A stretch of DNA of 64,000 nucleotides from an uncultured Nitrososphaeraceae archaeon (lineage in GTDB: Archaea; Thermoproteota; Nitrososphaeria; Nitrososphaerales; Nitrososphaeraceae), in NCBI GenBank assembly GCA_963729045.1, contig CAVSMN010000020.1, positions 96,001-160,000 on the forward strand, written 5' to 3'. Positions 11,622-22,261 of this stretch are shown piece after piece; position 1 is the stretch's first letter, and each line of letters begins with the position of its first letter. The notes below the pieces were generated by a model. The model saw only the letters and a program-made list of their open reading frames with translations. It ran no database searches and was not told the DNA's origin. The position numbers were made by a program, and so were the translations under genes.

Positions 11622-12246
11622 ATGCAAAAAAACCATGTATCAACCAAGTTATTTATTGCAATTGCATGGATTATGACTCTTGGAATTTTTGCCAGTGCTT
11701 TTTCAAATCCGGACTCAAATGGTCTAGATTCAGAACCTAATAACAAGGATAATTTATTATGGCAAGATTCAAATAATTCAAATACAACTACAGTGAATGC
11801 AAAACAGATTTATTTTAGTCATGGCAATATCACAAATCAAACAATAATTGAGAGCGGAATAAATGGGACAAAGGTTCAGGTTTCTTACGAAGGTATTGGA
11901 CAATTTGCTGGCGGGGGACCCAGGGTTACTGAATACTGGATTTATATGAACAACCATAGATCCGATGGTGTAATTCAAGGAGAAGGAAATGGCAAATTAG
12001 TTCTACATTGAGAACAATGATACCAATTCAAAGTACGATTCTGTCAAAATGAAAGGATACGGTCGCGGGTTTACAGATTCAAATGGCAATATCATGTTTT
12101 ATCCTACTGCACAACTATACGATACACCGTTAAATGATAACGGTTCGCTTACATTTCTCAATAAAGTTATCGGCATAGCAGATTGGGATATAGATAATGA
12201 ACTAAATACTTACAATTATACAATGTGGAACCTAGAAGTCAACTGA
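11622..12246 (+). CDS. Secreted hypothetical protein, split by a frameshift near 12005
   Basis: Signal peptide in ORF 11622-12011; beta-rich sequence continues in ORF 12049-12246; T-run follows. Confidence 0.6.
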
Positions 12247-12737
12247 TTTTTTTTGTATATTTGGATCAAGGAAATATTCAAGGTGGTCTGGCAATAGCAC
12301 ATCCAATAACAGAATAGAAATTCTGTGATATGCATGATGTGAAGTTGGATAAGAAAATGAGAAATGACAGCATTTCGAACAGTTTTTGGTAAAATCGAGG
12401 ACTAGATCCTATGGGGAGAAGTTTCTATTATATTACCTATGCTAGTCTCTCGCGTCTCTCTCTACTATATCTATCGTATGCAATATTCGGTGATCTATTT
12501 TTAGTCAAACATTTAACATTGTGCCGTGGAGAAATAGACGAATGGAGTTTCTTGTATTATTCTCTGCTGGATACCTGAATTATAAGAAGAATAACATATA
12601 TTTTCCCTGAATAATGATTGTCATATTATCGCCATAAAGTTATTGCTGAATGAGGAAAAATTCTGAAGTTACTGTTAGAATAAAAAACAATTGATCTTTT
12701 TTGTATCTTGGTTTAATATAGATAAATTAAAGCATTT

Positions 12738-13901
12738 ATGATATCAACAAATGATTTGCCATTAAACTATAGATTGTTAATCGTAATCAAGCGAAGTATT
12801 ATTATAACATTTAAACATAATTTTACTATTGTGAATCAGAAAAATACCCTATCTGTTCTATTAGTGTTAGGTATTTTATTTAGCATAATAATCCATAGTA
12901 ATACAAGTATTAGTCCTGATTCTACTTTTTTCCAAAATGCGTATGGTCACAATTTTCCTCCAAATAATTATGCTTCATTTATCGCATCTTTAGATCAATT
13001 TCAGACAGAATCGAATCTTGTCCAGTCAAATCTTCTAAATAATAATATAACTTTGGCTCAAAAACATGCAGATGAAGCTGTTAGTATTTTTTACTGGGAC
13101 TTGTTGGTAGAAATAGTTAAACAGGATAAAAAAATTGGAGATGATCTTAAATTAGCAGTAGAAAATTTGCGCAACCTGACGTCTTCATTTTCAAATACCC
13201 CTTCATCAGTTCAAGGTGAAAAACAAAAACTAGAACAATCAAATCAATTAGTTGCGAGTATCAATACGAATGTAGACAAAGTCATAACCCTAACGGAAAC
13301 CAAAAAACAATCAGAAGATTCTAACTTTCTAAATCAAGTTACTACGTTCATATCAAATATATTTAGTCCAAAAAAGGATAACAACAGTGGCTCAATCCAT
13401 CCTATGAGATTTGCTGATGGGGTAGACGAGGTACTAAGGAATTATGGTGATGCTTATAGTGTTGACTTTGATATGACCGATATGGGAAATATGGGAAATA
13501 TGGGAAATACAAACAAAGGGTCTATGGTTGAAAATAGTAATAGTTATAATTCTAATAACAATAGCAACATGGATATGAACAAGATGATGGATATGCCACC
13601 ATCAATGAAGGATTCGGATACCAAAATGAATACAAATAAACCCATAGTAAATATGGCAAATTATCAAAGTGCAAAAGGCATGGCTGAAAAACTATTGGAT
13701 ATCTTTAATAAAGAACTTAAACCCATCATATCCCAAAATGGGACTTCCACGTATGGTACGAATCTGGAAAGTGGTATTATGCAACTTGTAAATTCGATAG
13801 AATCCAAAGTTCCACCAATGGATATAATGATGATCGTTCATACACAGATTCATCCTAATTTGATAAAAGCTTTTGACTTGCAGATTCTTTCAAGTACGTA
13901 A
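12738..13901 (+). CDS. Secreted helical protein with Met-rich linker (putative metal-binding)
   Basis: Signal peptide (likely start GTG ~12831), AYGH, KHADEA, Met/Asn-rich stretch, C-terminal MMIVHTQIHPNL. Confidence 0.7.
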   Translation: MISTNDLPLNYRLLIVIKRSIIITFKHNFTIVNQKNTLSVLLVLGILFSIIIHSNTSISPDSTFFQNAYGHNFPPNNYASFIASLDQFQTESNLVQSNLLNNNITLAQKHADEAVSIFYWDLLVEIVKQDKKIGDDLKLAVENLRNLTSSFSNTPSSVQGEKQKLEQSNQLVASINTNVDKVITLTETKKQSEDSNFLNQVTTFISNIFSPKKDNNSGSIHPMRFADGVDEVLRNYGDAYSVDFDMTDMGNMGNMGNTNKGSMVENSNSYNSNNNSNMDMNKMMDMPPSMKDSDTKMNTNKPIVNMANYQSAKGMAEKLLDIFNKELKPIISQNGTSTYGTNLESGIMQLVNSIESKVPPMDIMMIVHTQIHPNLIKAFDLQILSST

Positions 13902-14498
13902 TAATCAGAGGAAAATTTTTATTTTTATGTGATTTGGAATAGGCCACTAGATCATTCGCAGTCGCCTTGTTTGACCTATAATTAGCCATGTTGGTGTCTA
14001 TCAATGGTTAAGATGAGATGAATAAAATTTTGGTGTTTAGTAGGTATGTCAAGTTGGCGTGTAAGTAGGATGTCAATCTTGCTGTTCACAGTAGTATTTT
14101 GCATATCACATCATGAAAATTAGCATTTAATATCTTAACTTTTTAAGGTGTGTGAACATAGGACGCACCAACTAACAACTAACCAAGCATATTTACTTAT
14201 ACTGTATTAGAAAAGGCAGACAATATTCAATATTGGTAAATAACTAAATGATCTGTTTGGTGATTTGATTTTTTTCATAAAATACTTTCCTAGAAATCAG
14301 TACGCAACTGATCAGGATAATCACTCTATCAAAACAAAAAAAGGAACGTTCACAAGTGAAAAAAATAGACATAGTTTCTATTAACGAACCTTTTGTAAAA
14401 TAATTGGATTCATTGATGCTAAAAAATATCTAAGGTATTATGAGAAGATGAAAAAATAAAAGTTCTGTAGGCATATAGATGTAATCCTATGTATGAGC

Positions 14499-14765
14499 CT
14501 AAGAATCTTGGGGATCAACCCAATTACTGATTGGTTGTGGATAACCACTATCCATCGTTGCACCCTGGCCCACGTAAAATGTAAGGCGAACGTATTGGTC
14601 GCCTTTTAGAAGATATAACTTATTATCCTCTTCACTGAGAAAGGAAGCATCGATATCCGAGGTAAAATTTTGAGCTAATGATTCTTTTATCGGTACATTG
14701 AATGGCAATATTAATGACATGACAACAAGAAATGATAGGAATAAAAAGTATTTTTGATACCTCAT
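14499..14765 (-). CDS. Small secreted protein with a single hemopexin-like repeat
   Basis: Signal peptide ending SLA, then IDASF…KLYLLKGDQYVRL…MDSGYPQPISNW, matching the hemopexin blade pattern. Confidence 0.7.
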   Translation of the reverse strand: MRYQKYFLFLSFLVVMSLILPFNVPIKESLAQNFTSDIDASFLSEEDNKLYLLKGDQYVRLTFYVGQGATMDSGYPQPISNWVDPQDS

Positions 14766-15213
14766 ATGACTACTTTATAAATAAAATAAATAAAGTTTAT
14801 GGAATGATATTCTGAGCATTTAGGAAACTTGGGATTGTACCTTACAATTCTGCTTGGATTATACGTTGTCATCTGAAGTAGCACGAATGTTTCTATTGAT
14901 AGAAACTCCATACAAAATCAGCCATCTAAGAATCAGATTTAATCCGTTTTGAAACGCCTTATTAATTTTTCAAATCAATGGCTGTTCTCAGTACTCAAAA
15001 TGAAATTTTATTAATCATATTTAATTTTTAATCACATTAGTAACAAATGGATAATCATACCGTTCCTCTTCAGAAACTCGATTTCGATCTGATCCGAGAT
15101 ATCAATAAACCTAAACGCTACCCAAAAGCAATTGCAGTATCCAAATAACACTTACTCAGGAATAATTCAATACATCTTTTGAACCAAAATTCAGATTCCT
15201 GTATTCAGCGATC

Positions 15214-15552
15214 TCATTCTATATCTTGTTTCAACTTTGCAAGCAAGTCTATGGCATCCACCGAAAATTTGGTTATCCAGCGATCATGTAATTCTCGAAT
15301 AGGAAGAAGATTAATGTAATTCCATCGGTATTTTCCACTATGTTTAACTATAATCAAATCAGCCTTTTCTAAGACGTTCAAATGTTGCATTACCGTACAT
15401 CTATCCATTTTTTTTAAGATTAGACACAATTCTGAGGTAGTATGTGGTTTATCCTTAATCAAATCAAGGATTTCACGTCTGCCAGCATGACCCAGTGCCT
15501 TAAGAATGTGGTCATACTCACTCTCTGAATACATGTTACATTTATATAACAT
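15214..15552 (-). CDS. ArsR/SmtB-family transcriptional regulator
   Basis: LKALGHAGRREILDLI…TTSEL…DRCTVMQHLNVLEKADLI wHTH. Likely start at ATG 15534. Confidence 0.9.
   Translation of the reverse strand: MLYKCNMYSESEYDHILKALGHAGRREILDLIKDKPHTTSELCLILKKMDRCTVMQHLNVLEKADLIIVKHSGKYRWNYINLLPIRELHDRWITKFSVDAIDLLAKLKQDIE
15533..15552. promoter_or_regulatory. Candidate ArsR operator ATGTTA-N8-TAACAT overlapping a TATA-like TTTATATA
   Basis: Inverted repeat atgttacatttatataacat in the very short divergent spacer between the ArsR and SRPBCC genes. Confidence 0.55.
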
Positions 15553-15586
15553 ATACTACTAATAAACCTTATAACGGCGTATATTT

Positions 15587-16030
15587 ATGAATTTGAAATT
15601 TAGAGTGCAAGCCAAGATAAAAAAGCCTGTCGAGGAAGTATATGACGCAGTCTACGATCCAAAGAAATTAAGCAAATATTTTACTACAGGTGGAGCAAGT
15701 GGACCACTCGATGAAGGAATGGAGGTCATGTGGGATTTTCATGATTATCCTGGTGCTTTTTCAGTATATGTAAAACAGACAATTAAGAACCAGAAAATCG
15801 TTTTTGAATGGGCCAGTGCAGTAGAATCTAATCGCTTGACAGTAGAGATGGACTTTGAACGACTTGGAGATGACATGACGCTAGTAACGATTTCAGAGGC
15901 AGGCTGGATAAATGAAGACCAGCCATCATTAGATGAATCATATAGTAACTGCCAAGGTTGGACTCAAATGGTTTGTTGCTTAAAGGTATATTTGGAATAT
16001 AATAAGAATTTAAGGGAGTTCTTTTATTGA
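15587..16030 (+). CDS. SRPBCC/AHSA1 (START-like) domain protein
   Basis: IKKPVEEVYDAVYDPKKLSKYF…W…TLVTISEAGW…CQGWTQMVCCLKVYLE. Confidence 0.88.
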   Translation: MNLKFRVQAKIKKPVEEVYDAVYDPKKLSKYFTTGGASGPLDEGMEVMWDFHDYPGAFSVYVKQTIKNQKIVFEWASAVESNRLTVEMDFERLGDDMTLVTISEAGWINEDQPSLDESYSNCQGWTQMVCCLKVYLEYNKNLREFFY

Positions 16031-16494
16031 TATTTACTGAGTTTCCATGCAAAGTAGTATCTTATTTCCTATTTTTATGATTAATCTAAAGACAAAAAAC
16101 TGCAAGTAATATAAAATAGAACATTCTTAATTTGAAGAGAAGTAGGATGTGAACTTATCAATATTTAACCTGTACAAAGGTAACTATCTCCATAAAATAA
16201 TTAGTTCATTTTATAAGAAAGAGAGCAGAATCTTGACTTCAGTGGTATGCATATTAAGAACGGGTAACACATTATAAACTGCATTAATAATAGTCAATAT
16301 GACGTCTACTATTTAACACTAACTTGTTAGAGTTATATGCACAACTTCAAAATCAAACAAGATCCCAAGATATAGAAGGATTCAAGGAATGAATTTTAGT
16401 CGTTAGAAAAATTACCAGTTATAGAAGTTATTAAGATTATTGAAATATCAAATAAAAGAAGATATATTTATTACTTATCGAAAGTTTGATGTAC

Positions 16495-17007
16495 TCAATT
16501 CGCTATTCCTGAGATTGACTGATTCTCAAAATGATTATTTATATTCTCAGGATCAAAGTAAATGTCAATTTTTTCCTGTGATAAGGCAATTACTGTGGGT
16601 TCATTTGTAACCGGACCGTCCCTCATGGTTATAGTTGAGGTACCATTAAGGTGGATCGTTTGGTTTTCAATAACTGGTGATCCTACTAATTTGAAATCAT
16701 TTATTTCATGTTCGTGTCCTGCGCTTCCATTTGGTTTGGCCATTTCTATAATGGCAGTCAAGCTGGGAGATGATGAATTTATTCCAGTCATTGACCAGTT
16801 ACCAGAATTTATCCAGGTTGTGTTTCCTGAAGAATCGGTCTGAGTATGATTGAATACACCGGCTTTAGTATCCCCTACCTGTCCATATGCAACAGAAGCA
16901 GTACTAGTCAAAATAACTATTCCAGCCACTAAAAAAATAGTTAAACTAAATGAAAAGATAATTCTTCTTTCAAGTCTTGTTGCGGTAAAATTCTGATCAA
17001 GATCCAT
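16495..17007 (-). CDS. Secreted hypothetical protein
   Basis: Signal peptide (…VAYGQ); WINSGNW, GSAGHEHEI, INNHF motifs. Confidence 0.7.
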   Translation of the reverse strand: MDLDQNFTATRLERRIIFSFSLTIFLVAGIVILTSTASVAYGQVGDTKAGVFNHTQTDSSGNTTWINSGNWSMTGINSSSPSLTAIIEMAKPNGSAGHEHEINDFKLVGSPVIENQTIHLNGTSTITMRDGPVTNEPTVIALSQEKIDIYFDPENINNHFENQSISGIAN

Positions 17008-17646
17008 TTTTTAAATTAGTACATACTAATATAAATTCCTTACCGATTTGTTAATTCACCTAGTTACTATATACTAGTATTGATTATTACCAAATTTAAA
17101 TTTTTTAGTAATAATCATTGTAAGCACAAAAATTTTCTACCAGAGAGATCAATAAATGGAGATATACAGTTACGAAAAGTCTTTTCCTCAGTAACAAGGT
17201 TTACCGCATGTAAATACATTGAAAAACATTATGACTTTATGAAACTCATGAATAATTTTAGGTCAATGATTAAATTGAAATACCTGATTAATTCCATTCA
17301 TTAATTAGATCTAGAGGGTTCTGTAAATCCGTTAGTAAATACAAAGGGATTAATAAAATGTAAGTGGAAACCAAACAACGCTCTATTACTTAATTTGCAC
17401 TTACTTTTTGTACCTTAATCATTTTTATCCTATATTTTCAGTACTATGAAAATGAGCCAAAAAACTTGATTATGACAAATGGATAAAAAGTCTATGAAAT
17501 AAGTATTTAAGCGGATTAATCAATATATAGCATATGGAATTGAGGAAAGAATTATCCATTAATGAAATAAAATTTATGTCTGGGAAAATTTCTACATCAA
17601 CTCTTGTAAAATTATCTCCGTATCTAGGCAATGGGTTGAACTAAAA

Positions 17647-18510
17647 TTGCAAATGACAAAGTTATTGTTACCACAATATGAATCTAACAACTATGGGAAC
17701 CTTCAAAACTATGCGGAACTTCTTCACTCCGGTCATAAAATTCAAGAAGAGACAACTAATTTAAAAATATGTTATAATTACTTTTCATTAAATTCAAAAC
17801 AGAAAACGGACCCTCATATAGATAATGAGAAGATTACGATAGCTATCAATGATATTCGTAATAACGATAAGAAAATTCTATCATTGCTACGAAAAGAAAT
17901 GTGGTCAACATATTCATTTAAAGCTCTCGAGAGAAAACTTGATATTCATCAACAAAGTCTTTCAAGGGCTTTAAAGAGACTTTTGGACTTGAACCTAATT
18001 GAGAAAACATCATCAGGGTACAAGTTGGTTGAAAGAAATGGGTATAACTTCAATCCAATATTAGAAGATAATCTTTTAAATGAAGAGCCAGAAAAAGATA
18101 AATCAAAAATACATAGAAAATATAATCAATTAATCCAGATCTATATGCATGTAAAGGGTAACATCGAACCCATAGTGGATCATTTAACCGGAAAATGGTT
18201 TGGCAATTTAAGATGGTTCGGCTTGATAAAAAAAGAAACAGGTTTTAGACTTCAATGGATAGTAGTAGATAAACACAGCAACAATAAAATATTTCAGATT
18301 AATGTAAGTATTTTATCAGAATATATTATTGTAGAGTCCAATGCCTTTTCTGAAAGTGAGAAGGTGGAAGCTATGTATTACTCAAATAGGATAATTGAGG
18401 AAATAATAAAAATTCTGCAAGAGAACTTACTTGAAAAAGTTATACCAGAAAAGGAATACACTCCTGTTTACACTAATGACATAAAATTTTCGCATAATAG
18501 GAATAATTGA
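17647..18510 (+). CDS. Winged-helix DNA-binding domain protein
   Basis: YSFKALERKLDIHQQSLSRALKRLLDLNLIEK wHTH followed by an alpha/beta C-terminal domain. Confidence 0.75.
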   Translation: MQMTKLLLPQYESNNYGNLQNYAELLHSGHKIQEETTNLKICYNYFSLNSKQKTDPHIDNEKITIAINDIRNNDKKILSLLRKEMWSTYSFKALERKLDIHQQSLSRALKRLLDLNLIEKTSSGYKLVERNGYNFNPILEDNLLNEEPEKDKSKIHRKYNQLIQIYMHVKGNIEPIVDHLTGKWFGNLRWFGLIKKETGFRLQWIVVDKHSNNKIFQINVSILSEYIIVESNAFSESEKVEAMYYSNRIIEEIIKILQENLLEKVIPEKEYTPVYTNDIKFSHNRNN

Positions 18511-18718
18511 CGAAATATCAAACTCATTCTGTTAGGACTTTCACCTAAACTGGGAATTAAGAATATTGTAACATACAAGATTTCAAATAATCAATCTATT
18601 TTTCCGCGCGTTATGGACTTATAGGATTTGGAATAAAATAGTAAAAAAAAATTGTGCTTTGGAATCATTGCCATATACAATGAATTGTTTGATAGCAGGG
18701 TATCATCATCACATTATG

Positions 18719-19411
18719 TTAGAGTTCCTGTCTTAATTTTGTAAATCCTTGTGACGTAACTATCCCCGACTCAACCACCGGTTTTTCTCCGATTGCTTTT
18801 TCTATAGCTTCATTTGACAATTTCAAAGCCTGTTCAATATTCATATTTGTGTCATAGCCTTTTTGAATCACATCTAGTGCCACATCGGAAGAGTGACCTA
18901 TTGCAAACCCACCTCCTTTCAAATAAGTTCCACTGGGGTCAACTCGGTACAAATGTATTCCATTTTCATCTACTCCAGCAATGATTATTGAAGCCGCTTG
19001 CGGTCTTACAGCATAAATTGTGTAATTGTGTAAATAGGTACTTAGATGTTTTGTGATAGATCTTATGTCGATAGAGCTATCATATGAAATGCGATGTTTC
19101 TGTCCTTGCAACCTTATTTCTTCTATTAAATGTTCTATATCTGCAATATAGCCTGCTCCAGTCGCTCCTATGTGCTTATCAATTACAAATATTTTTTCAT
19201 TAGGATCTACTAAGGGCAAAGTGGGTTTGATATGACTTGAAATGAGGGCGAATTCTGGAGTTTTTAACCCAATAGTTGTTGAACCCTTATTTACCGCCTC
19301 TAGAGCATTATCTACTAACACCAGGCGACCACCTTGTCCATAGTAGTATGGATATCTACTGTTATTCCCAAAACTATAAGGAGAACCTGCAGAATTATTA
19401 TCTTCAGACAT
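18719..19411 (-). CDS. psmA: 20S proteasome alpha-type subunit, divergent paralogue
   Basis: GRL…ALEAVNKGSTTIG, EKIFVIDKHIG…G..AD, VRP…IIIAGVD…LYRVDPSG…AIG. N-terminal YDR gate motif absent. Confidence 0.88.
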   Translation of the reverse strand: MSEDNNSAGSPYSFGNNSRYPYYYGQGGRLVLVDNALEAVNKGSTTIGLKTPEFALISSHIKPTLPLVDPNEKIFVIDKHIGATGAGYIADIEHLIEEIRLQGQKHRISYDSSIDIRSITKHLSTYLHNYTIYAVRPQAASIIIAGVDENGIHLYRVDPSGTYLKGGGFAIGHSSDVALDVIQKGYDTNMNIEQALKLSNEAIEKAIGEKPVVESGIVTSQGFTKLRQEL

Positions 19412-19432
19412 TTTCTGTTATCTTCCTACCCC

Positions 19433-20014
19433 TTATACTACAACCCGTTCGGCTGCTACCAATTTTGGTATGACTAGGACATCTATTCCATTGCCAGAAC
19501 CTGGGTCCCGTTCCATAGCCGCTGCAACAGCTTTTTTAGCAATTTCCTTTGCTTCGTCGTTTGTGATATCAAAATGGTAAAGGCTTTCAAGCACTCCATA
19601 AGCTATGGGGGCTCCCGAACCTGATGCAGCATAATCTTCATTTGTAATCGCACCACTCATATCTGCAACATTTACATGTGATCCGCTGGTATCTACACCT
19701 GCTACTAGTAACTCGACGTAATATGGTTGGTAATTCTTTAGCCCCGAGTAGGCGAGATTTGCGATTAGTCTTGAAGATTCTTTTACACTCAATGGAAATC
19801 CCCTCCTTAGTTCTATCAATTTTCTCTCCGCTGCAGTAACTTTGATTAAATGTTCTGCATCGGATAACTGTCCTGCAATAGCAATTGCAAGAGTATCATC
19901 TATTTTGGAAATCTTTTGTACTATCTTGGATCCTATAAAGAAACCCTTACTGGCTCGTTTATCGGATGCAAGTACCACTCCCTCGGTTGTTTTAATTCCT
20001 ATTATGGTAGTCAT
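19433..20014 (-). CDS. psmB: 20S proteasome beta-type subunit without propeptide
   Basis: M-TTIIG; Thr1, Asp17 and Lys33 in exact register; SGSG; RDPGSG. Start ATG at 20014 preferred over TTG at 20056. Confidence 0.92.
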   Translation of the reverse strand: MTTIIGIKTTEGVVLASDKRASKGFFIGSKIVQKISKIDDTLAIAIAGQLSDAEHLIKVTAAERKLIELRRGFPLSVKESSRLIANLAYSGLKNYQPYYVELLVAGVDTSGSHVNVADMSGAITNEDYAASGSGAPIAYGVLESLYHFDITNDEAKEIAKKAVAAAMERDPGSGNGIDVLVIPKLVAAERVVV

Positions 20015-20402
20015 TTTGTTATAGTAATATAGAGTATGGTCGAATTTATTGACCAAGTTCAGTTCAAATTAGTCACACTTTGACTTTATTTGTTATCAAG
20101 ATTTACTGAAAAGAACTGTAAGATTGAATTTATTGTATATCACACACCAGATACCTAAAAGGGCATCATTAGAGCTTATCAACAAATGTTTTTTCAAGCC
20201 ATTAACCATAATTTAGCAATTTATGCGTCATACCCGCCTATCAAACTAACAAATGTCTCCTGATGATGGACTAAGGAACACAATGTGTTAATATAATTAA
20301 ATAAAATACCAAAATACTGCAACGGGATTAACGAAAACCATTAAATGATAAATATTTCACAACAGGAAAAAAAATTAAGAGCGGATAGGATGGGTAGAAT
20401 AT

Positions 20403-20840
20403 TTAACACATTCTACCGGGTTTGCAATTACTGGGATCAAAGATATGATGTTTTTCGGTCCAGCTCTGATGATGACTGTGATGATCCGCATGATGAGGAT
20501 GAGTATGGGTCACGGTATGGGTATGGCCGTTGTGAGTAAAGAAGTGAGTATGTTCATCTAAATATTGACCATCGTTCTCTGTTGTAGTTTTACCGAGAAT
20601 ATCAGAAAGTTCCCCTATTATTGTAGTCAGTTGAGCGGTTGCGACTGTTGAATTACTACTTGATACAGTATTTTGTGCTTGGGTTAAATTTGCGATCAAT
20701 TCAGCAAGTACCTGGCTATTTTCTTGATTATTAGTTTGAGCAGAAACTTCATTGTTTAATGTCCACCCTCCAAAAGTTATGCCAAATGTTACAAAAAGCG
20801 CAGATATGATTGCTGATTTCAGGAAGATAATGTTCTTCAT
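20403..20840 (-). CDS. Secreted His-rich protein (putative metal-binding)
   Basis: Signal peptide; C-terminus EHTHFFTHNGHTHTVTHTHPHHADHHSHH…HHIFDPSNCKPGRMC. Confidence 0.75.
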   Translation of the reverse strand: MKNIIFLKSAIISALFVTFGITFGGWTLNNEVSAQTNNQENSQVLAELIANLTQAQNTVSSSNSTVATAQLTTIIGELSDILGKTTTENDGQYLDEHTHFFTHNGHTHTVTHTHPHHADHHSHHQSWTEKHHIFDPSNCKPGRMC

Positions 20841-21081
20841 TTCAATCTAAATACTATATAGGTCATATTTAAAGAAAATTACGATTATTGTATCAAATAA
20901 TATACAGGTATACAAAAAATTCAAATGATTTAACACTTTTGTATAAAACGTTAATTTATGGGATTCTATAGTCAATGGCAATTACAAAGGTAAACTACGA
21001 TATTCTGGTTCATCGATACTGATTTATATCATGTTTTAAAAATGGTGGAATGTTATAAACATTGTTACTTAGGATCTTTTA

Positions 21082-21303
21082 ATGAACAACATTCTTACAA
21101 TTGCAGTCATAGGCGTATTGGCCGCATCAATTTTATTAATAGGAGCAAGCACGCCAGTATTTGCCCAAGAAAACATGACAATGAATACTTCTTCTTCTAC
21201 GCCGGTTGAAAATACAACAGACTTGTCAGATACTGGGATGGGAATGGACGCTAATACCATGATGGGCAATAGCACATCAGACAATAGCACAACAACACAA
21301 TAA
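21082..21303 (+). CDS. Small secreted Thr/Ser/Met-rich protein
   Basis: Signal peptide ending VFA-Q; N-x-T/S sequons; T-run downstream. Confidence 0.7.
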   Translation: MNNILTIAVIGVLAASILLIGASTPVFAQENMTMNTSSSTPVENTTDLSDTGMGMDANTMMGNSTSDNSTTTQ

Positions 21304-21766
21304 ATAGCAAATCAAATAACATCATCCCTATACAACCAATTTCCTTTTTTTTATGATTTGAAAACATAAAATAAGATATCAAGATTTCTTCTCAACGTAA
21401 TTCGTGATTTTATGGCATATGGTGTGAAACGAAGAGCATAAATGTAATATACTTATCACAACAGGCAAAAATGAAGCAATAATCATCATCATGCAAGATT
21501 AATCACTCTTTTATTGTGCTGTCATAGTTATCAGAGGGAATTAACGATTAATCTATAACCAAGCTGATTTATCAATTGACGAGAGGAAGAGAAAACTAAA
21601 CGCATCTTACAAAGATCCGAAAACCTAAAAATGAAATTTATTTGTGTGTCTAACTATTCACAGTATATAACAGCAAATTCTATAGGGTATAGAAAAATAT
21701 GGGGTAAATCCATATTAGTAGAAAGATGAGCCCCCGCTTTTATAGGATGTTAATCAGATAAATTTA

Positions 21767-22148
21767 ATGAACACAACTAAGAAAATAACTGTTACCATGG
21801 TAATTGCGATAGCATCATTGTTTGCTGCATCCGGCATAACAAGTAGTCCCGTATTTGCTCAATCTAACGGCGAAGATGACGAGACAGGAAAAAATAATTA
21901 TGAAGAATTTGTTAATTGTCTGGCTCAATCAGAAGGCGAAAAGGGATTTGCATCTGAAAGCGATATAAGAGATTGTTTTAGACCAATTTATGATCCAGAG
22001 GCAGGTACTACCACAGCATCCAGTGATAATACTGACGATAGTAGTAGTAGCGATAGTAGCGAGAGTAGCGATAGTAGCGATAGTAGCGATAGTAGCGAGT
22101 AGTAGCGATAACATTGCCCCAAACTCAAGTAGCGATTCAAATAATTAG
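21767..22148 (+). CDS. Secreted protein with Cys pair and Ser-Ser-Asp tail (apparent extra base near 22099)
   Basis: Signal peptide VFA-Q and (agtagcgat)n repeats. Removing one base extends the ORF to …SSDNIAPNSSSDSNN* at 22148. Confidence 0.65.
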
Positions 22149-22227
22149 CCCTACGTTGAGTGCTGGGCTACGAATACACGCCTTATAACATATCGATAAG
22201 CCATAGACAAAATAAAGAATACGTTAC

Positions 22228-22261
22228 CATGTCATTCATTCAATAGTGAATGAATGACATG
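22228..22261. repeat. Perfect 15-bp inverted repeat with 4-nt loop
   Basis: catgtcattcattca-atag-tgaatgaatgacatg, located between convergent genes. Confidence 0.85.

Noticed and set aside
22038..22110. (agtagcgat)n microsatellite as a phase-variation tract
   Set aside because: The 9-bp unit preserves frame and simply encodes a Ser-Ser-Asp tail.
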